IMG/VR virus record: IMGVR_UViG_3300029156_000006
Coordinates: 1-40,867 of that record
DNA from: a virus
Lineage: Duplodnaviria > Caudoviricetes
Strand: one strand, 5' to 3'
DNA: 40,867 bases
The notes under the pieces were generated by a model. The model was not told the DNA's origin and searched no databases. It was given only the letters and a program-made list of their open reading frames with translations. The position numbers and the translations under genes are program-made. Each line of letters opens with the position of its first letter. Position 1 is the stretch's first letter. This document shows positions 9,389-18,859 of this stretch, piece after piece.

Positions 9389-9894
9389 TGCCCGAAGCCG
9401 TCTCAGTAACAGTTGCTAAATTTGTGACGTCGCAAATCACTGCGGCCACGCTTAGCCAGGCGGATAGGACCATCGATCGTAGTTACGCAGATTGGGATTT
9501 AGAGTTTAAGAATACCGACAGCATGGCTTTGTCGGAGGCCGACAAGCTGCGAATAGACATCGCCAGTCACACCACAGAGCAAGCTGCCGAACTCTCGACA
9601 AGGGGAACTCTGAAATTCACTGCTCCTATCGACATCGCAGTTCGCAGGAAGTTTGGGAGCGACACTTTAGACTCCGCCACAGGTCGGATACCAGTCGCCG
9701 AAATAGACGCGCTTGTGCTGCTTACGCAAGAGTTGCATGTACTGCTAACCAAGCTAAGAACCTCAGACGCTCTAGCGGCAGTCTGGGAAACAACACAGCT
9801 ACTATCAAACCCGATTACAGAACACTTGAGAGAACTGCGGCAATTTACATCAATCATCCGCATCGGTTTTCGTGCGGATGTGGATTTAACCTAA
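9388..9894 (+). CDS. Tail terminator/completion protein (putative)
   Basis: Position between the adaptor and neck genes; TGATG and TAATG coupling. Confidence 0.5.
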   Translation: MPEAVSVTVAKFVTSQITAATLSQADRTIDRSYADWDLEFKNTDSMALSEADKLRIDIASHTTEQAAELSTRGTLKFTAPIDIAVRRKFGSDTLDSATGRIPVAEIDALVLLTQELHVLLTKLRTSDALAAVWETTQLLSNPITEHLRELRQFTSIIRIGFRADVDLT

Positions 9895-10295
9895 TGCTAA
9901 AGCTAAACGTAAAAGCCGAACCACTACGGGACAAGCGCACCGGGCGTTTTGTTTCGCGCGCTGCGTTTCGCAATATCTTTCATGCGTCGGCTAGTATTGC
10001 CAAAGACATGAAGGGGTCTATCCGCACATCGGAGAGACCCGCTCCCGCCGGCCAGCCACCCCGCACACGACGCCGCAAACGACTCAAGTTTGCCATCCGC
10101 TTTGCTGTCGACAAGCAAAAGAATCGTTCCGTTATTGGCCCACGGGCCAGCATTGTTGGTAAAGCAGGCAAGGCGCACGAGTTCGGAGGTAGTTACAAGG
10201 GCGAAAGCTTTGAAGCACGCCCATTCGCACAGCCCGCGTTGGAGCGTGGCATACCGCGTTTCGCGGGAAGTTTTCGAGGTTCAATAGGAGGTTAG
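9894..10295 (+). CDS. HK97 gp10-like neck/tail completion protein
   Basis: Basic protein with PAGQPP, HEFGG and ARPFAQPAL motifs. Confidence 0.7.
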   Translation: MLKLNVKAEPLRDKRTGRFVSRAAFRNIFHASASIAKDMKGSIRTSERPAPAGQPPRTRRRKRLKFAIRFAVDKQKNRSVIGPRASIVGKAGKAHEFGGSYKGESFEARPFAQPALERGIPRFAGSFRGSIGG

Positions 10296-10299
10296 AAAC

Positions 10300-10728
10300 G
10301 TGGCAAATCAAAAAATGGGCTTCGAGGGCTTGCTGTACTACGGCACACCAGGATCGACGGCCAGCACACTCATTACCAATTGCAAGGACATCACCATTTC
10401 GAGGGATGTTGAGCGTGGAAATACCACGGTGCGTGGCGATAGCACTGTGGCTCCGATCGAGACCGAACACGTAACCATGCGTAAGCTGTCAATTGAGTTC
10501 CAAATGCTCAACGATTCAACAGACACCACGCTTGAGGCGCTGCGTGTAGCGGTATCCACGGGAGCTGCTGTTGCCTTGCGAGGAAAAGACTACTCATCCG
10601 GCAAGGGGCCGGATGGCGACTTTACACTCTCGCAAAGCGATCCATGGCCCCTCAATGGCGAGCAGATGATTACCTTCACTGCTGTTCCTACTCGCGGCAG
10701 CGGGCGTACGCCATCCATATACGTTTAA
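10300..10728 (+). CDS. Major tail tube protein
   Basis: AGGAGG RBS, GTG start; LYYG..KDITIS..TVRG pattern; no sheath gene present, so siphovirus-type. Confidence 0.7.
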   Translation: MANQKMGFEGLLYYGTPGSTASTLITNCKDITISRDVERGNTTVRGDSTVAPIETEHVTMRKLSIEFQMLNDSTDTTLEALRVAVSTGAAVALRGKDYSSGKGPDGDFTLSQSDPWPLNGEQMITFTAVPTRGSGRTPSIYV

Positions 10729-10778
10729 TAATCGGCTAGTCATTACGTGCCAAGCGGAAAACACCAAGGAAACCAACC

Positions 10779-11411
10779 ATGCCCACTCTCAATTATTCAG
10801 TAGCTATCTCCGGATTAGGAGGTAGCATCAGTCGCAATATTCCACGCACAGAAGATGGCGGCGGAAGTAATGAGATTGCAGTTGGAGTCGGATACTCGGG
10901 CACGCTTACCACGCGGACCGATGACGAAACGGGATCTCTCACTCTTGCGTCTGGCCACGGTATCACCACTGCTCAAGTCATCGACCTGTATTGGTCGGGC
11001 GGCGCACGGTATGGAATTACAGTAGGCACCGTAGCGACCAATGTCGTTCCAATCGGAGCTGACAACTCTGGTACGGGGGATGTGTTGCCTACTGCCGCCA
11101 CGGCCATCGTTGCATCGCCCAGGGTTACGTTCAACTGTGCTATTGATGGTGACGAGCTAGCGCTGCTGGGAGTGCAGCAGGCTTACGCATCCAACACGGA
11201 AGCTGCCAACTCTCATATTTCATTCCTCGACAGTGGCAGTGCAGAGATCGAAGAATTCGCTCTTTCGGCTAACGTTCCCCGCACATTTGACATCACGGGT
11301 GGTGATACCAACGGATTCACCGGCAATCCTATTACTTCGGCAGTTGTTAGCAACGGTTCAGCAACAAATGCCGCCACACTCAAAATACTTTGGGTGCAAG
11401 ATTCTACCTAA
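10779..11411 (+). CDS. Beta-rich virion protein, paralog 1
   Basis: Gly/Thr/Ser-rich; collinear with 11445-12071. Confidence 0.7.
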   Translation: MPTLNYSVAISGLGGSISRNIPRTEDGGGSNEIAVGVGYSGTLTTRTDDETGSLTLASGHGITTAQVIDLYWSGGARYGITVGTVATNVVPIGADNSGTGDVLPTAATAIVASPRVTFNCAIDGDELALLGVQQAYASNTEAANSHISFLDSGSAEIEEFALSANVPRTFDITGGDTNGFTGNPITSAVVSNGSATNAATLKILWVQDST

Positions 11412-11444
11412 CGGCTAGTACACAACACAAAGGGAAGATTTTAG

Positions 11445-12071
11445 ATGCCGTCGATAAACAATGCAGTTAGCATGACTGGCATGGGTGTAAGTATCTCATC
11501 AGATACTGCGCGCACGGCTGATGGAGGTGCAATCAAAGAGATCGCCGTCTCCAAGGGGCAGTCGGGCGTATTGTCTATGCGTACAGATGACGACACTGGC
11601 ACCATAGAGATGGATTCTTCCAACCACGGCTTTGTAGCCCTCGACAATATTGACGTTTACTGGTCTGGAGGATTGCGTCGATCGATGCAAGTCACTTCGG
11701 TAGCAGACTCTACTGTAAGTATCAATTCTGGTTCAGGCGATGTATTACCTCCCGCGACAACATCTGTCGTGGGATCAGAGCCTGTCGACTTCAACTGTGC
11801 TATTGATGGTGATGAATTATCTATTATTGCTGCTGAGCAAGCATACGAATCCACCACAGAAACAGCAGATTCTTACTTAATTCTTTCAGATGTGTCGGTT
11901 TCCATAGCCTCATTCACACTAAAACCCAACACGCCCCGCACATTCGACATCACGGGTGGTGATACCAACCCGTTCACTGGGAATCCCATCATAGCTGGGA
12001 AAATCAGCAACGGCTCAGCAATAAACGACGCCACATTAAAGCTGATGTGGATTCAAGATTCTACACCTTAG
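11445..12071 (+). CDS. Beta-rich virion protein, paralog 2
   Basis: Shares RTDD.TG, D.YWSGG, GDVLP, FNCAIDGDEL, PRTFDITGGDTN, FTGNPI and ATLK..W.QDST with paralog 1. Confidence 0.7.
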   Translation: MPSINNAVSMTGMGVSISSDTARTADGGAIKEIAVSKGQSGVLSMRTDDDTGTIEMDSSNHGFVALDNIDVYWSGGLRRSMQVTSVADSTVSINSGSGDVLPPATTSVVGSEPVDFNCAIDGDELSIIAAEQAYESTTETADSYLILSDVSVSIASFTLKPNTPRTFDITGGDTNPFTGNPIIAGKISNGSAINDATLKLMWIQDSTP

Positions 12072-12084
12072 ACACAGAAACAAT

Positions 12085-12582
12085 ATGCCAACCTTCAAAG
12101 ACAACAAGGAACGCGAGTGGGATGTCGCAATCGATGCCCCCAAGATCGACAAGATACGCGAAGAGTGCGATCCCAACTTCTTGCTGCACGACAGCGAGAA
12201 AGAAAACACATATGAGCGTCTCTTGAACGATCCGGTTCTTCTCTGCCGCGTAATTTATATTCTTTGCACAAAGCAACGCGAGGAGCGCGGCGTCACCGAA
12301 GAGGATTTCTACATGGAGGTCATCGGTGACGCGATCGATCGCGCTACCCAATCCATGCTAAAGGCCATTGTGTCTTTTACCCCCCGGCGAACACGGGCCG
12401 TACTGGAAGTGTTCGCCACACACGACAATCTAAGGCAAGAGGCGATCGAGAAGGCGGTGAGCAAAATCAGCGATCCGAAGCTAGCCGAGGAGATAATGAA
12501 AAATCTCCAGAGCAAGGTAGACAGCGACTTCCAACAACTGTTGACGCAGCTTTCGAGTGCTACAAGCTCGCCGGATTCGTAG
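12085..12582 (+). CDS. Tail assembly chaperone (gpG-like)
   Basis: MPTFKDNKEREW start; position before the tape measure gene. Confidence 0.7.
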   Translation: MPTFKDNKEREWDVAIDAPKIDKIREECDPNFLLHDSEKENTYERLLNDPVLLCRVIYILCTKQREERGVTEEDFYMEVIGDAIDRATQSMLKAIVSFTPRRTRAVLEVFATHDNLRQEAIEKAVSKISDPKLAEEIMKNLQSKVDSDFQQLLTQLSSATSSPDS

Positions 12583-12719
12583 GCATCAACCCCAGCGGAT
12601 TGACCTATCGATCGTTAGAAAGCATGGCAATCGGTAAAGCAGAAATAATTGGGGGCACTAGTGGCGGCAGCCAGCCTGTCAGCCCTTACGATCCAAACAT
12701 CCTACAAACATGGGCTTAG
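12540..12719 (+). CDS. Tail assembly chaperone gpT-like segment in the -1 frame (start uncertain)
   Basis: -1 frame is open 12330-12719 and encodes ..CYKLAGFVGINPSGLTYRSLESMA..; fills the gap to the tape measure gene. Confidence 0.5.
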   Translation, partial: VDAAFECYKLAGFVGINPSGLTYRSLESMAIGKAEIIGGTSGGSQPVSPYDPNILQTWA

Positions 12720-12722
12720 TAG

Positions 12723-14432
12723 ATGTCGCGTGCAGATATCAAAGCAGGGAGCGCTTATGTCGAGCTACTCATGCGCGACAAAGACTTCACCAAGCGCCTG
12801 CGTGCTGCAGGTGCAGGCTTGAAATTGTTTGCACTCAGTGCGATGTCGCTGGCTGGTCCGATCGCGGCTGCTTTTTCTTTTGGATCCGTAATTAAAGCCT
12901 CAAGTGACGTTGAAGAAACAATGAACAAATTCAATGTCGTATTCGGCAAGAATTCCAAGGAGGTAAAGCAGTGGAGTGACGGTTTCGCTAAAGATGTAGG
13001 CCGCAGCGAGGAACAGATAGCACGTTTTGTTTCAAACAGCCAAGACCTATTCGTTCCATTGGGCTTCGAGGCTGGGGCTGCTACGGAAATGAGTAAGCAG
13101 ATTACCGGGCTTTCTCTTGACTTGGCTTCATTTAATAACATGCAAGACGCAGACACCATGCGTGACCTGCAAGCCGCACTTACAGGCAGCGGCGAGGTAA
13201 TGAAAAAATACGGTGTTGTGCTGAGTGAAGCGGCTGTTAAGCAAGAGTTACTCAATCAAAAGCTAGACCCCAAGAAGGCAAGCGACCAAGAGAAGGTGCA
13301 AGCACGTCTCAACATTATCATGCGTGGCACAACCGCCGCGCAGGGCGATGCGATCCGTTCGGCGGGCGGATTTGCCAACATGTACAAAGCTCTAAAGGGC
13401 AGGCTATTCGACACGGCAGCGACGATTGGCTCGGCCTTGCTGCCGGGTGTCACGAAGCTAGTCGGAGCGGGGGTCGACGTTATTGATTCCGCACGAGGCA
13501 TGGCGATAGAGGCTATTGCGTGGTGGGACCAAATGTCCGGCACGATCATAGGCCACGCCCAGCTTATTTGGTCAGTCGTGAAAGATGTGTTCTCAGGGGT
13601 ACTCGATTTCTGGACGACCGTCTGGTCTGGCATATCGAGTGTTGTTACCGACGTATGGACTACGATCGTAGATAATACGATCGGCGCTACGACTACGTTC
13701 CATGATTTCATATTAGGCGCTCTATCTTCCATTTCTTTTGCGTACAAGAATTGGCGCGTCATTCTCGAAACCGCCGTCACCAGCTCGATGCTGGCCGTTG
13801 TGCGTTTCGCCAATCAAACCGTCCATCTATTTAGTGAGGTCATTCCTACCTGGCTAAAGTGGTTTGGCGACAACTGGCGAGATGTTTTCACAGATATTGC
13901 CAACATCACAGCCACCATCGCCGGCAACATTTGGAACAATCTTAAAAATCTTTGGGATTCGATCGTCGGATTGTTCAGTGGTGAGGGTTTTTCGTTTGAG
14001 TGGACGCCACTAACTGAAGGTTTTGAGTCGGCTATTAAAGAGTGGCCCAAAATAGCCGAGCGACAAATGGGGCCACTCGAACAAAGCTTGCAGGACGAGC
14101 TGAATTCACTGGCCGAAGACCTCAACTCCAACTGGCAGCAGCACGGCAAAGAGTTCGCTAAAAATGTCGACAAGTTCCTACCTAGCAAATCTGAGTTCGA
14201 GGCAGTTGCAGCCGAGCAACAAGACGGCATCCAGGAGGCTCTCGGTGCTACGCCTAATCGCTCTCAATCCAAGAAAGAAGTAGTCGGGGCGTTTTCGCTA
14301 TCGGCCTTGGCAGCACAAGCAGGCGGCGGAGACAAAACGGTAGACGAACTCAAGGCCCTCAAGCGTCAGCAAGCCAAGCAGCACAAAGAAACAATTCGAG
14401 CCATGTCGGGAGAGGGGGCACTACAGCCGTAG
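12723..14432 (+). CDS. Tail tape measure protein (569 aa)
   Basis: IKAGSAYVEL start, EETMNKFNVVFG, DLASFNN, Trp-periodic helical repeats. Confidence 0.88.
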   Translation: MSRADIKAGSAYVELLMRDKDFTKRLRAAGAGLKLFALSAMSLAGPIAAAFSFGSVIKASSDVEETMNKFNVVFGKNSKEVKQWSDGFAKDVGRSEEQIARFVSNSQDLFVPLGFEAGAATEMSKQITGLSLDLASFNNMQDADTMRDLQAALTGSGEVMKKYGVVLSEAAVKQELLNQKLDPKKASDQEKVQARLNIIMRGTTAAQGDAIRSAGGFANMYKALKGRLFDTAATIGSALLPGVTKLVGAGVDVIDSARGMAIEAIAWWDQMSGTIIGHAQLIWSVVKDVFSGVLDFWTTVWSGISSVVTDVWTTIVDNTIGATTTFHDFILGALSSISFAYKNWRVILETAVTSSMLAVVRFANQTVHLFSEVIPTWLKWFGDNWRDVFTDIANITATIAGNIWNNLKNLWDSIVGLFSGEGFSFEWTPLTEGFESAIKEWPKIAERQMGPLEQSLQDELNSLAEDLNSNWQQHGKEFAKNVDKFLPSKSEFEAVAAEQQDGIQEALGATPNRSQSKKEVVGAFSLSALAAQAGGGDKTVDELKALKRQQAKQHKETIRAMSGEGALQP

Positions 14433-14444
14433 TGTTATTGCGCC

Positions 14445-15245
14445 GTGGCCTTTACCTTTGAGGAAACCCCCGATTCTCGCTCGGAAACTTACGATCCGCC
14501 TGCCTACACCTTAATCTACAAGGCAGCAGGCGAGCACGACGATTATATAGTTAGTTTGCACGCGCAATCGGCAACGCCGATCACAGTTTTCCGTCCCACA
14601 GGTACACTCTACCGGCGCAACATCACGATGGTCCCCGATGGGCACGCGCAATACATTGTCACCGTGCCTTACGGCCAGCTAGACAGTAGTAATGTGCCAA
14701 CCGGCTCATCGACATTCTCTTTCGACACCTCGGGCGCGACAGTAAAAATCAAGGCCGCCAAAGAGCATGTTGCCACCTATCCGACCACCAACAATCATCA
14801 CAAAGGGGCGATCGGCGTCAAAGAAGATGGCGATGTCGAAGGTGCCGACATTGTGGTGCCCGCGCTCAAACTCACTTACGGTTTCAGTCATGCCCAGGGC
14901 GTAGTTTCCGAAACTTTTGCCCGCACTATCGCCTCCGCCACAGGCCGCACCAATGCCAACGCGTTCCGTGGTTTTGCCCAGGGAGAGTTGCTATTTGTGG
15001 GCGGCTCGGGCTCCGATGGTACTGAGGCCGCTGCTACTGTCGACTATAGCTTTATCGCCCAGGCCAACGAAACCAGCATGTCGATAGGAGAGATCTCGGG
15101 CATCGTGAAAAAAGGGCATCATTATGCTTGGGTAGAGTTTGAAGATGACACTTCTGGGGGTGAGGCAATTAAGCCTCCCAAGCGCGTGCATGTCGAACGG
15201 GTGTACGACGAAATAGACTTTGCAACCTATTTCGGCTGGAGTTAG
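14445..15245 (+). CDS. Distal tail/hub protein (putative)
   Basis: Follows the tape measure gene; FSFDTSG, FRGFAQGELLF and KKGHHYAW motifs. Confidence 0.55.
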   Translation: MAFTFEETPDSRSETYDPPAYTLIYKAAGEHDDYIVSLHAQSATPITVFRPTGTLYRRNITMVPDGHAQYIVTVPYGQLDSSNVPTGSSTFSFDTSGATVKIKAAKEHVATYPTTNNHHKGAIGVKEDGDVEGADIVVPALKLTYGFSHAQGVVSETFARTIASATGRTNANAFRGFAQGELLFVGGSGSDGTEAAATVDYSFIAQANETSMSIGEISGIVKKGHHYAWVEFEDDTSGGEAIKPPKRVHVERVYDEIDFATYFGWS

Positions 15246-15248
15246 CCC

Positions 15249-16310
15249 ATGGCCTCTTTCAAACACGTACGCGCAGGCACTTCCAAGAAAACCTCCCCCA
15301 CCAACTCTGCGGCGTGGATCAATGCGGTCACGGATACGGTCAATCACTACCGCAGTAATGTCGAAGGTGGGCGATCTAGCACACCTGCAAAACTAGGCAC
15401 TTCAAACCCCGCCATTGTCAAAATCAAGAACGACACTGGTGAAGATCTAGAACGCGGACATTTAGTGCAGCTAGGAGATGATGAACTCAGCAATATCAAC
15501 CACCGCAAGCTCTGGTTTGAGTCAGATCTGTACGACGATACGATATCCAAGCCTATTGCCCTGGTGCGATCTGCAGTAAAGGACGGCAAGCGTGCCGATG
15601 CGCAGCTAATTGGAGTTTGTACAGCGATTGTCAATGTGACCGACATTACGCACACTCATGCAGAACCTGTCGATGGCAACAAGGTTTCAGATTCAGCGGA
15701 ATCCGGGTTGATAGAGATTTTGTCCGTGATAAGCAGTACAGGCGTGCAGGAGTGTATCGTCCAGCTCGGCGGAGCGGCGGCAAGCGGCCTCGGCACCTAC
15801 GGCATGGTAACCAGCAACATCCCCGCCGCCACCCAAAACGGCACAGCAAAAACCACAACTGCCGGCGTGCAATCAACTGCAGGCGTAGTGGTGATGAAGC
15901 GCACAACGACGGGCATGGCAGAAGACACCGACCACGGCACGGTCAAAGGCTGGAATGACGTTTCTAAGTTAGAGATAAGAGGCAGTACAACGGCTCCGCT
16001 AGTATTGCCTGGCAGTGTCGAGACGATAGATGGAACCAAATACTTCGTAGTCGACAGCGTGCCGTCGAACACGTTGCAGGTTCGTGGTCTTGCGACTGCG
16101 GATTACGCAAGCACAGCAACTACGTTCACACTTGATAACCTCAAGCTATTAAGTGGTGAATGGCAAACTGCTGGGCTTGGCTCTGCACCCTCAACAATTA
16201 CCGTGCAGAACATTGCTGATTGGGCAGTGGACGACAACGGTAATGTCTGGGCCAACTGGAACTACGAAGACGAACAGTGGGAGGCGGTGCAGGCCGAGTG
16301 CCCCGCGTAG
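15249..16310 (+). CDS. Tail tip/minor tail protein
   Basis: Position; modular Thr/Gly-rich protein ending WEAVQAECPA. Confidence 0.55.
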   Translation: MASFKHVRAGTSKKTSPTNSAAWINAVTDTVNHYRSNVEGGRSSTPAKLGTSNPAIVKIKNDTGEDLERGHLVQLGDDELSNINHRKLWFESDLYDDTISKPIALVRSAVKDGKRADAQLIGVCTAIVNVTDITHTHAEPVDGNKVSDSAESGLIEILSVISSTGVQECIVQLGGAAASGLGTYGMVTSNIPAATQNGTAKTTTAGVQSTAGVVVMKRTTTGMAEDTDHGTVKGWNDVSKLEIRGSTTAPLVLPGSVETIDGTKYFVVDSVPSNTLQVRGLATADYASTATTFTLDNLKLLSGEWQTAGLGSAPSTITVQNIADWAVDDNGNVWANWNYEDEQWEAVQAECPA

Positions 16311-16314
16311 TTCT

Positions 16315-16857
16315 ATGGGAGGTTATCCATGTTGCTGTGATAATAGTAGCCCAACTGTTAATTGCGGCCCTTGCGACGCTAATCTAGCGCCGGAGTTCTT
16401 AAGGGTTACCTTCAGCGGAATAACTTACGTTGACGGCGAGCGCGATGATATAGTGGGGTGCCCACCCTGCGAGAATTGCAGCGGACTTTCAACTAGCAGC
16501 ACTTTTCTAGTTCCCCATAACGCAGCAGCTAGTACCGCCACTCGTTGCTGGTGGATTTTAGACAACTCTGTGAGTCTAACTTGCGATATCCATACTCAAT
16601 CAGTTGGGGTTTCTCTTGCACAATCGGGTAGCAATGTTTCGGTTTCTGGTGGTGTAGGTTACCTGACAAGCAAACTCTGCAACGGATTAAACATATACAC
16701 ACCATCGGGTGCGAATTTCGCGGCGGAGACTTTCGCAAATTTCGACTGCTTGGATTTTGATGTTACGCTGACGAACCTAAACACCCCACCTCTACCTAGT
16801 GATTCTGTTAGATGCACTCACCTTGAGTCCGGGACCATGAGGATAGAAAGCACATGA
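16315..16857 (+). CDS. Cys-rich tail-tip protein (candidate receptor-binding protein)
   Basis: ATG at 16315 gives MGGYPCCC; 13 Cys in 180 aa; AT-richer codons than neighbours. Confidence 0.6.
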   Translation: MGGYPCCCDNSSPTVNCGPCDANLAPEFLRVTFSGITYVDGERDDIVGCPPCENCSGLSTSSTFLVPHNAAASTATRCWWILDNSVSLTCDIHTQSVGVSLAQSGSNVSVSGGVGYLTSKLCNGLNIYTPSGANFAAETFANFDCLDFDVTLTNLNTPPLPSDSVRCTHLESGTMRIEST

Positions 16858-17189
16858 TTTGTTCTTGTGGTGTGGTCTTGCCTGATAACTACAGATTGAA
16901 CACGTTGCGCTGTGTCTGCGGTAAAAAGGTTACACTTAGAAATCCTTGCCCCCACCTAGGCCCTGCAATCAAACGCGATGGAGTAGTAGTCAAAGTAAAA
17001 TGCAACTGCACAAAAGAAGCTCAAGACCGTATGCTGCCTGCGCACGAGTGCAGTAAGTTCGGGCGGTGCTTGCCGACTGCGAGATTCAACGAAGAAGAAT
17101 TGAAGGCTTGGGAGAAGCGAGACGAAGCAAAGCTTTACGAACTCTGCCAGCCTTGCCCGCTCCGCAGCTCTGCTACAATAAACGAATGA
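16854..17189 (+). CDS. Small Cys-rich protein
   Basis: ATGA overlap; 11 Cys in 111 aa. Confidence 0.65.
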   Translation: MICSCGVVLPDNYRLNTLRCVCGKKVTLRNPCPHLGPAIKRDGVVVKVKCNCTKEAQDRMLPAHECSKFGRCLPTARFNEEELKAWEKRDEAKLYELCQPCPLRSSATINE

Positions 17190-17380
17190 GAACCACACTC
17201 TTACTATCGCTACTACTAGGCTGCGCCCCAGCCCCCACGCTCCAGCTCAACAACATGAGCCCAGCAGAAATGCGCGACCACTGGGAAGCTAATGGGATTA
17301 CTGAGGGTGATGTTGACGCTGCTGTTATGCGGGACTTGCGACAGCGCGACGTGGCTGGGGCTGATAGGTGGGGCGAGTGA
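17186..17380 (+). CDS. Small lipoprotein
   Basis: ATGA overlap; MRTTLLLSLLLG-C lipobox. Confidence 0.55.
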   Translation: MRTTLLLSLLLGCAPAPTLQLNNMSPAEMRDHWEANGITEGDVDAAVMRDLRQRDVAGADRWGE

Positions 17381-17402
17381 GTGGTGCTGGCAGTAGATGC
17401 GC

Positions 17403-17437
17403 AAAAAAACAGCGCCGTGAATAATGGCGCTGTTTTT
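17403..17437. terminator. Bidirectional intrinsic terminator
   Basis: A-run CAGCGCC..GGCGCTG T-run between convergent genes. Confidence 0.85.
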
Positions 17438-17445
17438 CGTGCTTA

Positions 17446-17643
17446 TTATTGAACCTTCTTTTGGTAATCTGTAAATCCGCGCTCTCGGAGTATTTGTCTA
17501 ACCTTCTCCATAACAGTGGGGTTGATAGGTGCGGACTCCAGGTTACCTACAATGCGTGATTTAGCGCCCATTGAAGAACCAAGTTTTTTCTTGCGTTTTA
17601 CGCCCTTTCTATTGGCGTTTTTTTTCTTGTTCATAGTCTTCAT
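17446..17643 (-). CDS. Small highly basic protein (moron)
   Basis: GGGGGA RBS; Lys/Arg-rich N-terminus. Confidence 0.55.
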   Translation of the reverse strand: MKTMNKKKNANRKGVKRKKKLGSSMGAKSRIVGNLESAPINPTVMEKVRQILRERGFTDYQKKVQ

Positions 17644-17679
17644 AATTCGGTCCCCCGAGGTCGCATGCCTTAATTAAAC

Positions 17680-18408
17680 CTATTGCTTTTCTACGTAACG
17701 GGCCACTCCAATGGTCGAAGAATCTAGTATTTTTCTTACTATACCACCGCTTTTACCGAAAAAATCCGGGTCATTGCTGTCTAAATAAATTACCGCGACT
17801 ACATGGTCACTATCCCCCACTGGTATGGCAGCCCACGATTTACGGTCCTGACTGACAGCACCGGCTTCAGCTCTCTCGAAACCGTAATTCTGTACTAAAT
17901 ACTCACTCACCAACATGTTCTTCTGCAGCCTGTCGTACAGGGATTTTCCAGACCTAAAAGCAGTTCCTACAACACCTGACCTGAGGGGCAGGTTTCTTCC
18001 CCTGCCGTGGCTGATTTCATCGCATACGTAATCGGTAATTTGGTGTACATGACCAGGCTTAGAAGCATGCACAAAAACACATATACGCAATGACGCCTTG
18101 TCGGCGTCTTTGGTTCGCTTAGTCAAAACTGCATGCAGCGTGTACAGCACAACATCCAATGAATGCGCGCTGTCAGAATCTCTAGCCCTTTTGTTTCTTA
18201 GGAATGCCCTGATAACTAACGCAGTAACTAAAACTAGAGCCACCACAATATACCCATAAGCCAAGTCAAATTGCGGCGTATCTTTTCTTAGTTCCCTTAT
18301 GGCGTTAATCACACTTAAGGCAAGAGTGGCAAAAGACAGGAATATTTCAAACAAGAACTCACCAGCGCAAATATTTTGCAAGCTGGTTTTCTGTTTCAAC
18401 TTTGTCAT
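17680..18408 (-). CDS. Two-TM membrane protein with C-terminal GAF-like domain (moron)
   Basis: Two hydrophobic helices, then GVVGTAFRSGK..SWAAIPV..VVAVIYLDS GAF signature; AT-rich and opposite strand. Confidence 0.75.
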   Translation of the reverse strand: MTKLKQKTSLQNICAGEFLFEIFLSFATLALSVINAIRELRKDTPQFDLAYGYIVVALVLVTALVIRAFLRNKRARDSDSAHSLDVVLYTLHAVLTKRTKDADKASLRICVFVHASKPGHVHQITDYVCDEISHGRGRNLPLRSGVVGTAFRSGKSLYDRLQKNMLVSEYLVQNYGFERAEAGAVSQDRKSWAAIPVGDSDHVVAVIYLDSNDPDFFGKSGGIVRKILDSSTIGVARYVEKQ

Positions 18409-18489
18409 GGGTGCAGAGATCGAGCCTTAGAGCAGGTAGCCAAACTATTAAATTTGAACAAGTCTTTACCAAAACAACAACCCGCAACC

Positions 18490-18744
18490 TCACTCCCCGC
18501 ACCCCTCACAAGTCATCCGCGCAGCCTGAACCCGCGCCTCCTCCTCCCAGCGCATCACCTCCCAAAGCGCCTCCTGCAGCGCCCGCTCTTCCGAGCGCCC
18601 TTGGAACGCTTTCTGTGAGTTGCCCACGAAGATCGTACACGTCCAGGGCGCGTCGCCTACGTTTCGGTTGGTTGTGTAGACTTCGTAGCCGAGCGCTTCT
18701 ATATCTTTCTTGAGATCGTTTACTGTACGGTTTTTTTCGCTCAC
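18490..18744 (-). CDS. Hypothetical protein
   Basis: GGGAGG RBS 6 nt before the GTG at 18744; C-terminal CEGC. Confidence 0.6.
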   Translation of the reverse strand: MSEKNRTVNDLKKDIEALGYEVYTTNRNVGDAPWTCTIFVGNSQKAFQGRSEERALQEALWEVMRWEEEARVQAARMTCEGCGE

Positions 18745-18829
18745 ATGTGTCCTCCCGGCTTGTTTCTGCACCACCAATTGTGGCGCGCAAAAAACCTACA
18801 TAAATTACTGTAAATGGCCTAAAAGTTAC

Positions 18830-18859
18830 TTGCATTCATATAGCATACATGCGTACACT
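18830..18859 (+). promoter_or_regulatory. Candidate sigma70-type early promoter
   Basis: TTGCAT-18 bp-TACACT in the AT-rich divergent intergenic region; dyad TACA-N8-TGTA at 18797-18812 upstream. Confidence 0.45.

Noticed and set aside
11130-11969. Near-identical repeats as a DGR template/variable pair
   Set aside because: The blocks are short, lie in equivalent positions of two full paralogs and do not differ specifically at adenines; no reverse transcriptase is present
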